DNA of 64,000 bases. It comes from an uncultured bacterium (GTDB lineage: Bacteria; Ratteibacteria; UBA8468; B48-G9; DSTR01). The position numbers were made by a program, and so were the translations under genes. Location: assembly GCA_964645405.1 (NCBI GenBank), contig CAZYCA010000044.1, forward strand, positions 256,044 to 320,043, written 5' to 3'. Shown piece by piece: positions 1-8,612 of this stretch (position 1 is the first letter of the stretch; every line of letters starts with the position of its first letter). The notes beneath the pieces were generated by a model, which saw only the letters and a list, made by a program, of their open reading frames with translations, was not told the DNA's origin and made no database searches.

Positions 1-405
1 CCGGACACTGTCTCTGGCTACAATATGAGCAATCTCGTGCGCAATAACCCCTGCCAGTTCGTCGTCAGAATCGACTTTGTTTATCAATCCAGTATACACA
101 TAGACATATCCACCACAGGTAGCAAAGGCATTAATCTGGTCATTCTGGATGGTGCGGAAGTGATAAGGAATATTTTTACGGTCACAGACCTGGACAAGCC
201 GGGCGCCAATATTTTGAACCCGTTCATTAACCAGGAAACGATTTTCCTTAGCCAGTTTAGTGTCTATGGCTTTGCCGAGGTCAAGCTCATCTTTTTCGCT
301 GTACAGAGTATATTCTGTTTTACCTGTTACCGGGTTGTAGTAAGTGGCACATCCAGAAACAAGGAGAGTAACTATAATCAGAAAGCAAAGGATTTTCAGT
401 TTCAC
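1..405 (-). CDS. M48-family zinc metallopeptidase lipoprotein (BepA/YfgC-like), N-terminal 135 codons; the C-terminus lies beyond the window edge
   Basis: Not in the ORF track (GTG start, runs off the edge). Minus-strand translation from GTG 405-403 gives VKLKILCFLIIVTLLVSGCATYYNP (lipobox VSGC) ... DELAGVIAHEIAHIVARDSVR, with an HExxH zinc motif. An AAGGA Shine-Dalgarno (SD) sits about 5 nt upstream. It replaces the + strand ORF 25..420. Confidence 0.75.
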   Translation of the reverse strand, partial: MKLKILCFLIIVTLLVSGCATYYNPVTGKTEYTLYSEKDELDLGKAIDTKLAKENRFLVNERVQNIGARLVQVCDRKNIPYHFRTIQNDQINAFATCGGYVYVYTGLINKVDSDDELAGVIAHEIAHIVARDSVR

Positions 406-427
406 ACTGTTCCTTTTTGATGGCTTT

Positions 428-1795
428 TTACTTGCCGATACAGAAGCAGGAAAAAATCCTGTCCAGAACTTCATCGTTCAACTCCTGACCCGTAAGACCG
501 TCCAGAGACTGAAGGATTTTCTTAAGGTCATCCACCATAAACTCAGGACTTTCACCGTTTTTCAGTATCTGCACAGCATTTTCCGCATGGCTAATCACTT
601 CCTGGATAAGTTGCTGTTGCCGCAGGTTCATGTACAGACAGCCAGACGCCTGTCCACCTGTTTCTACCAAAAGATTGTACAAACTTTCTTCCAGTCTATC
701 CAGCCCGGCTCCTGTCCTGGCAGAAATTTTAACCGGATGAGAATCTGTCATTCCCTTTATCTGTTCTATTTTGACCTGCTGAGGTAAATCACATTTATTA
801 AGAACCAGAAGATGTTTCTTCCGGGAAACATACTGGAGTAATTCTTTGTCCGCAGAAGTGAGGTGCCGGCTGGCATCCAGGACCAGAATATTAATCTCCG
901 CTTTGTCCATCCATTCCTTAGCTCTGGCTACACCCATTCTTTCAATTACGCCTCTTGCTTTTCTGAAGCCAGCAGTGTCAATGATGCTTAACGGAATTCC
1001 CTTCAAATTAATGACTTCCTGGAGGCTATCCCGGGTAGTACCTGGGATTTCAGTCACCAGTGCTCTTTCCTGTCGCAGAAGCGCATTAAGCAGACTTGAT
1101 TTTCCCACATTTGTTTTGCCCACAATGGCTGCTCTCACACCTTCTACAAAAAGTTTGCCTTTTCCCGCCTCATCTCTCAGTTGACAGGCAGAAGAAAGGA
1201 TTTGCTGCATTTTTCCCAGGAAGACTGAGGCGTCACTGATAAACTGTTCGTCAGGAAAATTAAGATAGGTTTCTATTTCTGTTAGAAGATTTATGGTTTG
1301 CTTACGTAAAGAGGAAACCCGGGTAGAAAGGTCACCCCGCAGCTTTGCTAAAGACAGGGATAATGCTTCCTCGGTACGACTTTCCACTATTTCCAGGACA
1401 CTCTCAGCCTGGGCTAAATCAATACGACCATGGAGGAAGGCACGTCTGGTAAATTCACCAGCAGCAGCCAGTCGGGCACCCTCTTTCAGACAGGCATTTA
1501 AAACAGCTCTGGCAGCGGTAAAACCGCCGTGGCAGCCAATCTCCGCCATATCCTCCCTGGTATAACTTCTTGGTTTCCTCATCAGGGTTACCAGAACTTC
1601 ATCCAGAACACGGTTCTGATAAATGATGAATCCGTAACGAACAGTGTGGGTAGGCCAGTTTTCTATACTTTTTTTCCGGGCAGGGTGAAAAATCCGTCTG
1701 ATGATGGGAATGACACCAGGACCGCTCATTCTAATGAGAGCGATTCCGGAAATGCCAGCAGGTGTAGAAATTGCACAGATGGTATCGCCTTCCAT
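428..1795 (-). CDS. mnmE: tRNA modification GTPase MnmE
   Basis: 455 aa. The N-terminus reads ICAISTPAG..GIALIRMSGP. The G domain has GKTNVGKSSLLN and DTAG, and the C-terminus ends in the CIGK motif typical of MnmE/TrmE. Confidence 0.95.
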   Translation of the reverse strand: MEGDTICAISTPAGISGIALIRMSGPGVIPIIRRIFHPARKKSIENWPTHTVRYGFIIYQNRVLDEVLVTLMRKPRSYTREDMAEIGCHGGFTAARAVLNACLKEGARLAAAGEFTRRAFLHGRIDLAQAESVLEIVESRTEEALSLSLAKLRGDLSTRVSSLRKQTINLLTEIETYLNFPDEQFISDASVFLGKMQQILSSACQLRDEAGKGKLFVEGVRAAIVGKTNVGKSSLLNALLRQERALVTEIPGTTRDSLQEVINLKGIPLSIIDTAGFRKARGVIERMGVARAKEWMDKAEINILVLDASRHLTSADKELLQYVSRKKHLLVLNKCDLPQQVKIEQIKGMTDSHPVKISARTGAGLDRLEESLYNLLVETGGQASGCLYMNLRQQQLIQEVISHAENAVQILKNGESPEFMVDDLKKILQSLDGLTGQELNDEVLDRIFSCFCIGK

Positions 1796-1803
1796 ACTTT
1801 ATC

Positions 1804-1809
1804 ATTTTA
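1804..1809 (-). promoter_or_regulatory. -10 box TAAAAT 8 nt upstream of the mnmE ATG (candidate leaderless promoter)
   Basis: The minus strand reads TAAAAT gataaagt ATG. No SD fits in the 8 nt gap and no convincing -35 is present. Confidence 0.4.
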
Positions 1810-1828
1810 CCTCAACGTTCCAGTAAAG

Positions 1829-1837
1829 TGGTAAAAT
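1829..1837 (+). promoter_or_regulatory. extended -10 TGgTAAAAT, 5 nt upstream of the DUF4416 ATG (candidate leaderless promoter)
   Basis: The sequence tggtaaaat agggt ATG was read directly. TG sits at the extended -10 position and there is no room for an SD. Confidence 0.45.
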
Positions 1838-1842
1838 AGGGT

Positions 1843-2376
1843 ATGGGGTTGCCTGAAAAGCCAGGTCTGGTGAAACGTTTTTGCGGTCTTATTTATTCCA
1901 GTGAGGAAATATACAATTCAGCAAAGGATTATCTGAGGCATGCCTGGGGAACAGTGGACCTGGAAGCCGGGCCCTGGCCGTTTACCTTTACCGACTACTA
2001 TAAAACTGAGATGGGTCCTGATTTAAAAAGGCGGTTTCTCTCTTTTTCTGAGTTGCTTTGTCCGGAGAATACTTTTTCCTGGAAGATTTTTACCAATCAG
2101 CTGGAGCAGAGATTTTTAGTTTCCGCTAACAGGCGTCAGATTAACCTGGACCCTGGTTATCTGGACCTTTCCCGGTTAGTTCTTCTTACTACCAAAGACT
2201 TTTCCCACCGCATTTATCTCGCACAGGGGATTTATGCAGAGATTACCCTTGTTTTCCAGGGCGGGCAGTTCAGGCCATTGCCCTGGACATATCCGGACTA
2301 CAGGACAGAAGAGTATCTAAAATTCTTCCATAAAATGCGACAGCTATATTTGCAGGAAAAAAACAGACATAGATAA
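1843..2376 (+). CDS. DUF4416 family protein
   Basis: 177 aa. The pattern CGLIYSSEE...PFTFTDYYKTEMGPDLKRRFLSF...INLDPGYLD...HRIYLAQGIYAEITL...WTYPDY matches DUF4416 as I recall it. Function is unknown. Confidence 0.7.
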   Translation: MGLPEKPGLVKRFCGLIYSSEEIYNSAKDYLRHAWGTVDLEAGPWPFTFTDYYKTEMGPDLKRRFLSFSELLCPENTFSWKIFTNQLEQRFLVSANRRQINLDPGYLDLSRLVLLTTKDFSHRIYLAQGIYAEITLVFQGGQFRPLPWTYPDYRTEEYLKFFHKMRQLYLQEKNRHR

Positions 2377-2381
2377 CTGGT

Positions 2382-3293
2382 GTGGTGAAAACCGGGAAAA
2401 GGATGATGTTTAACCTCGTTTTCAGGATTATTCTGGATATCTTTATTATCCTGCTGGCAGTTTCTCTCATTGTTAGCTGGCGGGCAGTTATGCCAGGAAG
2501 GATGCCAGTAAGTTTAAGACCGGAAGACCTTGGCCTTTCCGCAGAAAATGTAAAGCTGGTAAACAAAGATGGGGTAGTTCTTTCCGGTTGGTTCATACCA
2601 GCAACAAGACCACAAGCAGTGATTGTTTGTCTTCATGGATATCCTGCCAACAAATCTGATATTCTGCCTTCTGTAGTTTTTCTTCAGAAATACTTCTCCT
2701 TACTACTTTTTGATTTCCGCGGGCATGGAGAAAGTGGTGGACGACTGACCTACTTTGGTCTTAAAGAAGCGGAGGACGTCAAGGCAGCGCTCAATTTTTT
2801 AAGTCAGGATCGAAGAACTAAGAATTTAGCTGTTGGGGTCTGGGGTTACTCTCTCGGTGGGGCAGTGGCCATTATTGCAGCCGCAGAGGACCAAAGGATT
2901 AAAGCGGTAATCAGTGATTCAGCCTTTGCCAACTTTCCGGAGATGGTTTCCTATTACTACCGGGCTTCAGGATTTCTGAGGTGTATCCTTGCTCCTTTAT
3001 CAAGGTTAATGGGAAAAATTTTCCTCAGGGCTGATTTCACCAGAAACAGTCCTGAATATCGGATAAGTAGCGTGGAATGTCCGCTTTTAATCATCCACTC
3101 TCTCCAGGATGAATATGTGCCGCCGGAGCATGCCAGAAGACTTTTTGAGAAAGCCCGGGGACCAAAAGACTTATTCTGGAAAAATGGAACTCATTCCGGC
3201 TCAGGAGGAAACACAAAACAATATGAGGAAAAAATTCTTTCTTTTTTTCAGCAGGCGCTTTCTGTTAAATCAAAAAAGGTTGGTGGAGGATGA
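2382..3293 (+). CDS. membrane-anchored alpha/beta-fold hydrolase
   Basis: 303 aa. It has an N-terminal TM helix (FNLVFRIILDIFIILLAVSLIV), an HG region (CLHGYPANKSD), a GYSLGG nucleophile elbow, and late D (SLQDEY) and H (NGTHSG) residues. Confidence 0.8.
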   Translation: MVKTGKRMMFNLVFRIILDIFIILLAVSLIVSWRAVMPGRMPVSLRPEDLGLSAENVKLVNKDGVVLSGWFIPATRPQAVIVCLHGYPANKSDILPSVVFLQKYFSLLLFDFRGHGESGGRLTYFGLKEAEDVKAALNFLSQDRRTKNLAVGVWGYSLGGAVAIIAAAEDQRIKAVISDSAFANFPEMVSYYYRASGFLRCILAPLSRLMGKIFLRADFTRNSPEYRISSVECPLLIIHSLQDEYVPPEHARRLFEKARGPKDLFWKNGTHSGSGGNTKQYEEKILSFFQQALSVKSKKVGGG

Positions 3294-3356
3294 GGGATTT
3301 GAACCCTCGACCCCCAGACTGCCAGCCTGGTGCTCTCCCAGCTGAGCTAATCCCCC
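3281..3356 (-). tRNA. tRNA-Ala (anticodon GGC), CCA encoded
   Basis: The minus strand reads GGGGGAT TA GCTC AGCTGGGA GAGC A CCAGG CTGGCAG TCTGG GGGTC GAGGG TTCAAAT CCCTC ATCCTCC ACCA. This is a complete cloverleaf with the G3:U70 alanine identity pair. Confidence 0.92.
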
Positions 3357-3366
3357 GCACCTTTCC

Positions 3367-3396
3367 ATTATAGCAAAATCTTAAAATCTCTGTCAA
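3367..3396 (-). promoter_or_regulatory. sigma70-type promoter of tRNA-Ala (TTGACA-18-TATAAT)
   Basis: On the minus strand, TTGACA (3396-3391) is followed by an 18 nt spacer and TATAAT (3372-3367). The -10 box ends 10 nt before the mature tRNA 5' end. The -35 box overlaps the stop codon of the upstream CDS. Confidence 0.65.
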
Positions 3397-4250
3397 CGAA
3401 TTCCTATCCGGGAAAGGAATTCTGGCAGTCCCCGACCAGCTCTGATAATGCGGAAAAGAAAGCCATCTTTCCTTCTGCTGTTCTTGTCCCCTTTTGCTGT
3501 GGTGATATAAAGGTCCCGGTATTCTTCTCCGCCAAAGGTTACGCTGGTAACTCTTTTCACCGGTAAAGAAATTCTTTCTCTCTCTTTCCCGGAACAGCTG
3601 TATCTTACCACACAGGCTCCGTTATACCGGGCTGACCAGAGGAATCCTTCAGCATCCACTGTCAATCCGTCAGGTACTCCTTCTTCTGGCGAAATCTCAA
3701 TCAGAGGACAACCCGCAGAGATTTTTCCGGTGTCCGCATCGTAGTTAAACCGAAAAATTGTCCCTTTCCTGGAGTCAGTAAGATAGAAGAATTTTCCATC
3801 TGGACTGAAAGCCATTCCATTGCTGCAGCCCAATCCTTTTAGAATGTTAATCAGTTTACCATCAGTTTCCAGTAGATAAAGGTTACCGGGATGACCGAAA
3901 AAAGAAATTGTTCCGCAGAAAACCCGGCCTACAGGGTCTGCAATAACGTCATTGAAACGAGAATTTTGCTCACCGGGGATGTTTTCTATAATCGGTAATC
4001 TCTTACCTTCCTTCCATAAACTGATACCTGGACCCGCAGTGAAAAGAAGAAGGCTGCCATCAGCCTGGAAGGTGAAACCACCAACCATCTTGCCGATGTC
4101 AAACTTTTTAATTTTCTTCCTGAGGGGAGAAAAGGAGTAAAGTTTACCAGCAGGAATATCTGTCCAGTAGAGCTGGCGGTCAAAGGGATTCCAGAGGGGG
4201 TTTTCTGCCAGATGGAAATTTCTTCTGACGACTATTTCCAGTTGTTTCAT
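3393..4250 (-). CDS. SMP-30/gluconolactonase/LRE family protein
   Basis: 285 aa. It shows the propeller pattern ENPLWNP...LYWTDIPAGKLY, with repeated DG..Y.TD blades and PDGLTVDAEG. Confidence 0.85.
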   Translation of the reverse strand: MKQLEIVVRRNFHLAENPLWNPFDRQLYWTDIPAGKLYSFSPLRKKIKKFDIGKMVGGFTFQADGSLLLFTAGPGISLWKEGKRLPIIENIPGEQNSRFNDVIADPVGRVFCGTISFFGHPGNLYLLETDGKLINILKGLGCSNGMAFSPDGKFFYLTDSRKGTIFRFNYDADTGKISAGCPLIEISPEEGVPDGLTVDAEGFLWSARYNGACVVRYSCSGKERERISLPVKRVTSVTFGGEEYRDLYITTAKGDKNSRRKDGFLFRIIRAGRGLPEFLSRIGIR

Positions 4251-4257
4251 ATCTTTT

Positions 4258-4266
4258 ATTTTATCA
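4258..4266 (-). promoter_or_regulatory. extended -10 TGaTAAAAT, 7 nt upstream of the gluconolactonase-family ATG (candidate leaderless promoter)
   Basis: The minus strand reads ctgaTAAAAT aaaagat ATG. No SD is present. Confidence 0.45.
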
Positions 4267-4290
4267 GTTTTTTCCCCGTGTTACCATTTT

Positions 4291-4319
4291 TTTCCAGGAA
4301 AGCGATTATAGAATATAAT
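4291..4319 (+). promoter_or_regulatory. candidate promoter of the pfkB-lptD-rph-rdgB operon (TTTCCA-17-TATAAT)
   Basis: TTTCCA lies at 4291-4296 and TATAAT at 4314-4319. A leader of about 18 nt follows, carrying a GGGAGG SD 6 nt before ATG 4344. Confidence 0.45.
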
Positions 4320-4343
4320 CTTATACGAAAAGGGAGGTAATCA

Positions 4344-5288
4344 ATGGAAGGGAAGGTATTATGTGCAGGACTGCTGGTTGGTGATTTTCTCTCTAAACCT
4401 GTTACGCAGATGCCGGAAAGAGGGAAGTTGACCCTGGTGGAAAAATCAGAACTGCATGTGGGTGGCTGTGCTGCTAACACGGCACTGGTCCTGAAAAAAT
4501 TAGGTGGGCAGGTGGCCCTTATTGGAAAGGTAGGAGATGACAATCTGGGTCGTTTCGTTCTCGGTGTCTTGAAAGAGGCTGGTATAGAAGTAGAAGGGGT
4601 GAAAGTTGTTCCCGGGCAGAATACTTCTGGTACTTCTGTTCTTGTCCATCCAGATGGAGAACGTTCCTTTATTCATTCTTTTGGCGCTAATGCTCTACTT
4701 TCTGGCCGGGATTTTGAGGATAGTTATTTGCAGAAATTCTCCATACTCCATATAGCTGGAGTTTTGCTCATGCCCGGACTGGAAGGAGAACAGCTTGCCC
4801 GGGTAGTGAAAAGGGGTAAACAACTGGGTTTAACTGTCTGTCTTGATACTGCCTGGGATACCCGTGGAGTCTGGATGGGAGCGCTTAAACAAGCCTTGCC
4901 CTATGTGGATTATTTCCTTCCCAGTATTGAAGAAGCCAGGATGATTACCGGTCGCCAGGAACCAGAGGAAATTGCACTTTGCCTGCTTGGGTGCGGGGTT
5001 AAAAATGTGGCGTTGAAAATGGGAGAAAAGGGTTCCTTCATCAGGAACAGGGAAACAAAAAAATATTTCCCTGCCTTACCAGTTGAAGTGGTGGATACCA
5101 CAGGTTGCGGGGATGGTTATGTGGCAGGTTTTCTGTCCGGGTTAATGAGAAAACTTCCGTTTGAGGCCTGCGGGCTGCTGGCTAATCTGGCTGGAGCCAA
5201 GATTGCCACTGCAATGGGCGCCAATTCCGGAATCTCTTCCTGGCAGGATTTGCTTTCTTTTGGAGAAAAGTATGGGTATCGGCTTTAA
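4344..5288 (+). CDS. PfkB/ribokinase-family carbohydrate kinase
   Basis: 314 aa. N-terminal GGCAANTALVLKKLGG and C-terminal DTTGCGDGYVAGF motifs fit the PfkB fold. Confidence 0.85.
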   Translation: MEGKVLCAGLLVGDFLSKPVTQMPERGKLTLVEKSELHVGGCAANTALVLKKLGGQVALIGKVGDDNLGRFVLGVLKEAGIEVEGVKVVPGQNTSGTSVLVHPDGERSFIHSFGANALLSGRDFEDSYLQKFSILHIAGVLLMPGLEGEQLARVVKRGKQLGLTVCLDTAWDTRGVWMGALKQALPYVDYFLPSIEEARMITGRQEPEEIALCLLGCGVKNVALKMGEKGSFIRNRETKKYFPALPVEVVDTTGCGDGYVAGFLSGLMRKLPFEACGLLANLAGAKIATAMGANSGISSWQDLLSFGEKYGYRL

Positions 5289-7218
5289 ATTTTTTCTGGC
5301 AGCAACAGTGATATGTTTCTGTACAGTTTATGCTGCGGAAGAACAACCGGTAGAGTACCGGGGTGATAGTTTTCAGGTTAGTTTTAGTGAAACAGGAGAA
5401 CTGAAGGGTGTCAATCTGGAGGGGAATGTCAGAATAATCTACCAGGATATGGTGATAACCTGTGAGAAAGCCTTTCTTGACAGGATAAGTGGAACTATTC
5501 AGGCAGAAGGTAACGTTGTTGTAGAATCGGAAAAGGGGAAATTCCAGGCTGATTTTATGAACTATGATTTGTCCAGTTTGTCAGGGGTTCTTTCCGGAGT
5601 GAGATTTTCTGTTGAGCCTTTTTACGGAAGGGCGGAGAAACTACAACGCCAGAAAGATATCTTTATCCTGGAGAAAGGATATCTGACCAGTTGCAATCTG
5701 GAGAAACCCCACTACCGTTTATCTTTTGAGCGGGTGGAATTTAAGACTAAAACATATATAAAGACCCAACCACTACGAGTTATTCTGGGAGAAAAATTTA
5801 CTGTTTTCTATCTTCCGAAATGGACTTATAATCTGAAGACAAAAAGACCACCGGTAAGTGCCAGCCCCGGGTATCGTACCGGGCTTGGTCATTTTCTTGG
5901 TATCAGGTTTAACCAGTCCTTAACAAAAGATAACGACCTTGTCCTTTCCGAGCAATTATATCTTCAAAGTAAGGGTCTTGGTGGGGGATTTCTCCTGAGC
6001 TCGGAAGAAAAAAAGTTGAGGCTGGAGGCACTGGCGCTGAGGAAGTGGAAGCAGGAACAACCTGATTATGGCGCAGTTGCTGAATATCGGTCCAGTTTTC
6101 AGAATCAGTGGGGCAGTTCCAATTTTATCTTAGATTGGCGCTGGATGAGAAGTAATGATTTCTTCTCTGACTATTTCCGTAAAGACTTCTTTGAAAAGTC
6201 CAGAACTTATAACTACTTAGCCTGTAACCAGTTTCTGGGAAAAAGCTTTGTCTCTATGCAGGTGCGGGAAAGAGCGAGAGAAGAAATTCTTTCTGTAGAA
6301 CATTTTCCTTCTCTACGCTGGCTGGTTCCTGATACCCCTGTAGGAACATTACCGGTCTATCTCGGTAATGATTTTCAGGCCGGACATTTCAGGATTGATG
6401 AGGAAGAATCAGTGAGGATTATTAATAAATCCACATTATCTTTCAAGAGAAATTTAGGGGCATTCAGTATCAGACCATATCTGACGTTATCTGCCATTAA
6501 GTATTATGGTTCTGAATTTGATGTTTTCCGGCATCCCATGGAAGTGGGAGTTAATGTTTCTGCTGTTTTAGCCCGGGCAGGGGAAAAAAACTACTACCAG
6601 AAGCTCCTGGTTTCCTTCCTGGTGCTTGACCGCTTTTTCTTGACGCCAGAGGCAGGAATCCCTGTTTACGATGATAATGAGCTGCTGAGCTCTGGAAGGT
6701 TTGCTGGTTTTAACGTAGAGTGGGCATTATGGCGCAAGGACCACTACCTGGGTCAAGCCAGTCTTCTAAGTTTATATGACACTACCCGACAATTTTTCGC
6801 CGACACCTGTTTCAGTTATCAGTTCCAGCCTACAGATAAAATCTCTCTCTGGGGTACTAACATCTGGAATTTTTCAGCAGGTAGTTACCGGTTTGGTACT
6901 AATGACATTTCCTTTCAGGGCGGTAGTTTGAAGTATACCATAGGTGTGCGGCATAAGGTGAACGAGGTGATGGGGCTGGAAAACTGGGTAGAGCAAAATA
7001 TCGGACGGTTATGGACATATCGCGCTGGTTTTTTCTACGATTTTCGGAAAGAACATTTAGTCAGTCAGAGTTACCAGCTATGGAGGAAGCTGCATTGCTG
7101 GACAGCTCATGTCAGTCTCTGGTTTGACCGGAGAGAAACTTCCTTTTTTCTCTCCTTTTACCCTTCCATTTTTAGCCAGCCAGAGCGTCTAAGGGAGAAA
7201 ATAGAGAAATGGAAATAA
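5272..7218 (+). CDS. lptD: LPS-assembly outer-membrane protein LptD (OstA family)
   Basis: The start is moved to ATG 5272, which gives the signal peptide MGIGFKFFLAATVICFCTVYAAEE. The track start 5161 lies inside pfkB. An OstA-like N-domain (EGNVRIIYQDMVITCEKAF..AEGNVVVES, GYLTSCNLEKPHY) is followed by a long beta-barrel-type region. Confidence 0.8.
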   Translation: MGIGFKFFLAATVICFCTVYAAEEQPVEYRGDSFQVSFSETGELKGVNLEGNVRIIYQDMVITCEKAFLDRISGTIQAEGNVVVESEKGKFQADFMNYDLSSLSGVLSGVRFSVEPFYGRAEKLQRQKDIFILEKGYLTSCNLEKPHYRLSFERVEFKTKTYIKTQPLRVILGEKFTVFYLPKWTYNLKTKRPPVSASPGYRTGLGHFLGIRFNQSLTKDNDLVLSEQLYLQSKGLGGGFLLSSEEKKLRLEALALRKWKQEQPDYGAVAEYRSSFQNQWGSSNFILDWRWMRSNDFFSDYFRKDFFEKSRTYNYLACNQFLGKSFVSMQVRERAREEILSVEHFPSLRWLVPDTPVGTLPVYLGNDFQAGHFRIDEEESVRIINKSTLSFKRNLGAFSIRPYLTLSAIKYYGSEFDVFRHPMEVGVNVSAVLARAGEKNYYQKLLVSFLVLDRFFLTPEAGIPVYDDNELLSSGRFAGFNVEWALWRKDHYLGQASLLSLYDTTRQFFADTCFSYQFQPTDKISLWGTNIWNFSAGSYRFGTNDISFQGGSLKYTIGVRHKVNEVMGLENWVEQNIGRLWTYRAGFFYDFRKEHLVSQSYQLWRKLHCWTAHVSLWFDRRETSFFLSFYPSIFSQPERLREKIEKWK

Positions 7219-7949
7219 AGAGAAAAAATAATAGACAGGCCAACCAGTTGCGGGAGATGAAAATTCACTTAGATTATGTAAAATATGCTGAGGGTTCCTG
7301 TCTTATTGAAGCAGGAGAGACCAGACTTATTTGCGCGGTAACGGTGGAAGAAAAAGTTCCCCTTTTTTTAAAGGAGACAGGTTCCGGCTGGGTTACAGCG
7401 GAGTATAATTTGTTGCCCTACTCTACACCGCTACGCGTACAGCGTCTTTCCAACCAGAGTGGACGCAGTCAGGAGATCCAGAGAATGATTGGTCGTTCCC
7501 TCCGGGGGATAACCGTCTTAAAAAATCTGGGTGAAAGAACATTCTGGGTAGATTGTGATGTGATTCAGGCTGATGGTGGAACACGCATGGCAGCAGTGAC
7601 CGGGGCTTTTGTCGCTTTAACTCTGGCTTTGAACAAACTCCGCCAGAAGAATATTATCAGGTTACCGGTGCTACGAGATTACCTGGCTGGAGTCAGTGTC
7701 GGCATCGTGGATGGTTGCCTTTTACTGGATTTAGACTATGATGAAGATTCCAGAGCCACAGTAGACTTTAATGTGGTGATGACAGGAAGGGGAGAACTGG
7801 TGGAGTTACAGGGTACGGGCGAAGCACGACCGTTTTCCCGCTCAGAGCTGGAAAGTCTTTTGGAATTAGCCGCAAGCGGTGTTAGGGCTGTAATTTCCTT
7901 GATAAGGGGTATCCTGGATGAAGATACAGCACTTCTATTTGGCAAGTAA
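7209..7949 (+). CDS. rph: ribonuclease PH
   Basis: 246 aa. Diagnostic stretches are NQLREMKIHLDYVKYAEGSCLIEAGETRLICAV, GWVTAEYNLLPYST and DCDVIQADGGTR. Confidence 0.95.
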   Translation: MEIKRKNNRQANQLREMKIHLDYVKYAEGSCLIEAGETRLICAVTVEEKVPLFLKETGSGWVTAEYNLLPYSTPLRVQRLSNQSGRSQEIQRMIGRSLRGITVLKNLGERTFWVDCDVIQADGGTRMAAVTGAFVALTLALNKLRQKNIIRLPVLRDYLAGVSVGIVDGCLLLDLDYDEDSRATVDFNVVMTGRGELVELQGTGEARPFSRSELESLLELAASGVRAVISLIRGILDEDTALLFGK

Positions 7950-8523
7950 AAACAGGCATAAAATAAGGGAAGTCAGAGAGATTATTGCCGGTACAGGACT
8001 GACAGTAAAGGCCTGTCCGGAGGAAGTTATTTTGCCAGAGGAAAAAGGAGAAACTTTTGAAGAAAATGCTCTGTGCAAGGCAGAAACTCTTTACCGTATT
8101 TTCCCTGGGGAGGCAGTAGCAGGTGAAGATTCAGGTTTGATTGTTCCTGTTCTGGGTGGCCTTCCAGGGATATATTCTGCCAGGTTTGCTGGACCAGAGT
8201 GCGACTACAGAAAAAATAACATTAAGCTTCTCAGTCTCATGTGTGCATTTACCGAGCCTTCAGAAAGAAAGGCTATTTTTGTGGCTGTGGTAGCCCTGTT
8301 ATGGCCTGGAGGAAGAAAAATTTTCAGGGGTGAGGTGGAGGGGATTATTACGAAAGAACCAAGAGGAGAATTTGGTTTTGGTTACGACCCGGTGTTTGAA
8401 TTGCCTGGTTCAGGAAAAACCTTTGCAGAAATGACTGCAGTGGAGAAACATCTTTACAGCCATCGTAGCCGTGCCTTTCGTTCCCTGACAGATTTTTTGC
8501 TGCAGTTGTCTGCTTCAGGTTAA
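7918..8523 (+). CDS. rdgB: non-canonical purine NTP pyrophosphatase RdgB/HAM1
   Basis: 201 aa. Motifs are ASKNRHKIREV, GETFEENALCKA, EDSGLIVPVLGGLPGIYSARFAG, FGYDPVF and TFAEM..EK...SHR. Confidence 0.9.
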   Translation: MKIQHFYLASKNRHKIREVREIIAGTGLTVKACPEEVILPEEKGETFEENALCKAETLYRIFPGEAVAGEDSGLIVPVLGGLPGIYSARFAGPECDYRKNNIKLLSLMCAFTEPSERKAIFVAVVALLWPGGRKIFRGEVEGIITKEPRGEFGFGYDPVFELPGSGKTFAEMTAVEKHLYSHRSRAFRSLTDFLLQLSASG

Positions 8524-8540
8524 ACTTTATTATGGATTCT

Positions 8541-8612
8541 GGCGGGGTAGCTCAGTGGTAGAGCAACCGGCTCATACCCGGTATGTCTGGGGTTCGAGCC
8601 CCCATCCCGCCA
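8541..8612 (+). tRNA. tRNA-Met (anticodon CAU), elongator type; a lysidine-modified tRNA-Ile2 cannot be excluded
   Basis: The sequence folds as GGCGGGG TA GCTC AGTGGTA GAGC A ACCGG CTCATAC CCGGT ATGTC TGGGG TTCGAGC CCCCA TCCCGCC A. Position 1:72 is G:C and the anticodon stem lacks a triple G:C run, so it is not an initiator. CCA is not encoded. Confidence 0.85.

Noticed and set aside
25-420. 131-aa + strand ORF from the track
   Set aside because: It lies antisense to a much better minus-strand reading frame that has a lipobox signal peptide and an HExxH metallopeptidase motif. The + strand product has no recognisable features.
5161-5271. N-terminal extension of the LptD ORF
   Set aside because: It lies entirely inside the pfkB coding region. 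The internal ATG 5272 yields a proper signal peptide.
8541-8612. Initiator tRNA-fMet assignment for the CAU tRNA
   Set aside because: Position 1:72 is a G:C pair and the anticodon stem lacks the three consecutive G:C pairs typical of initiators.
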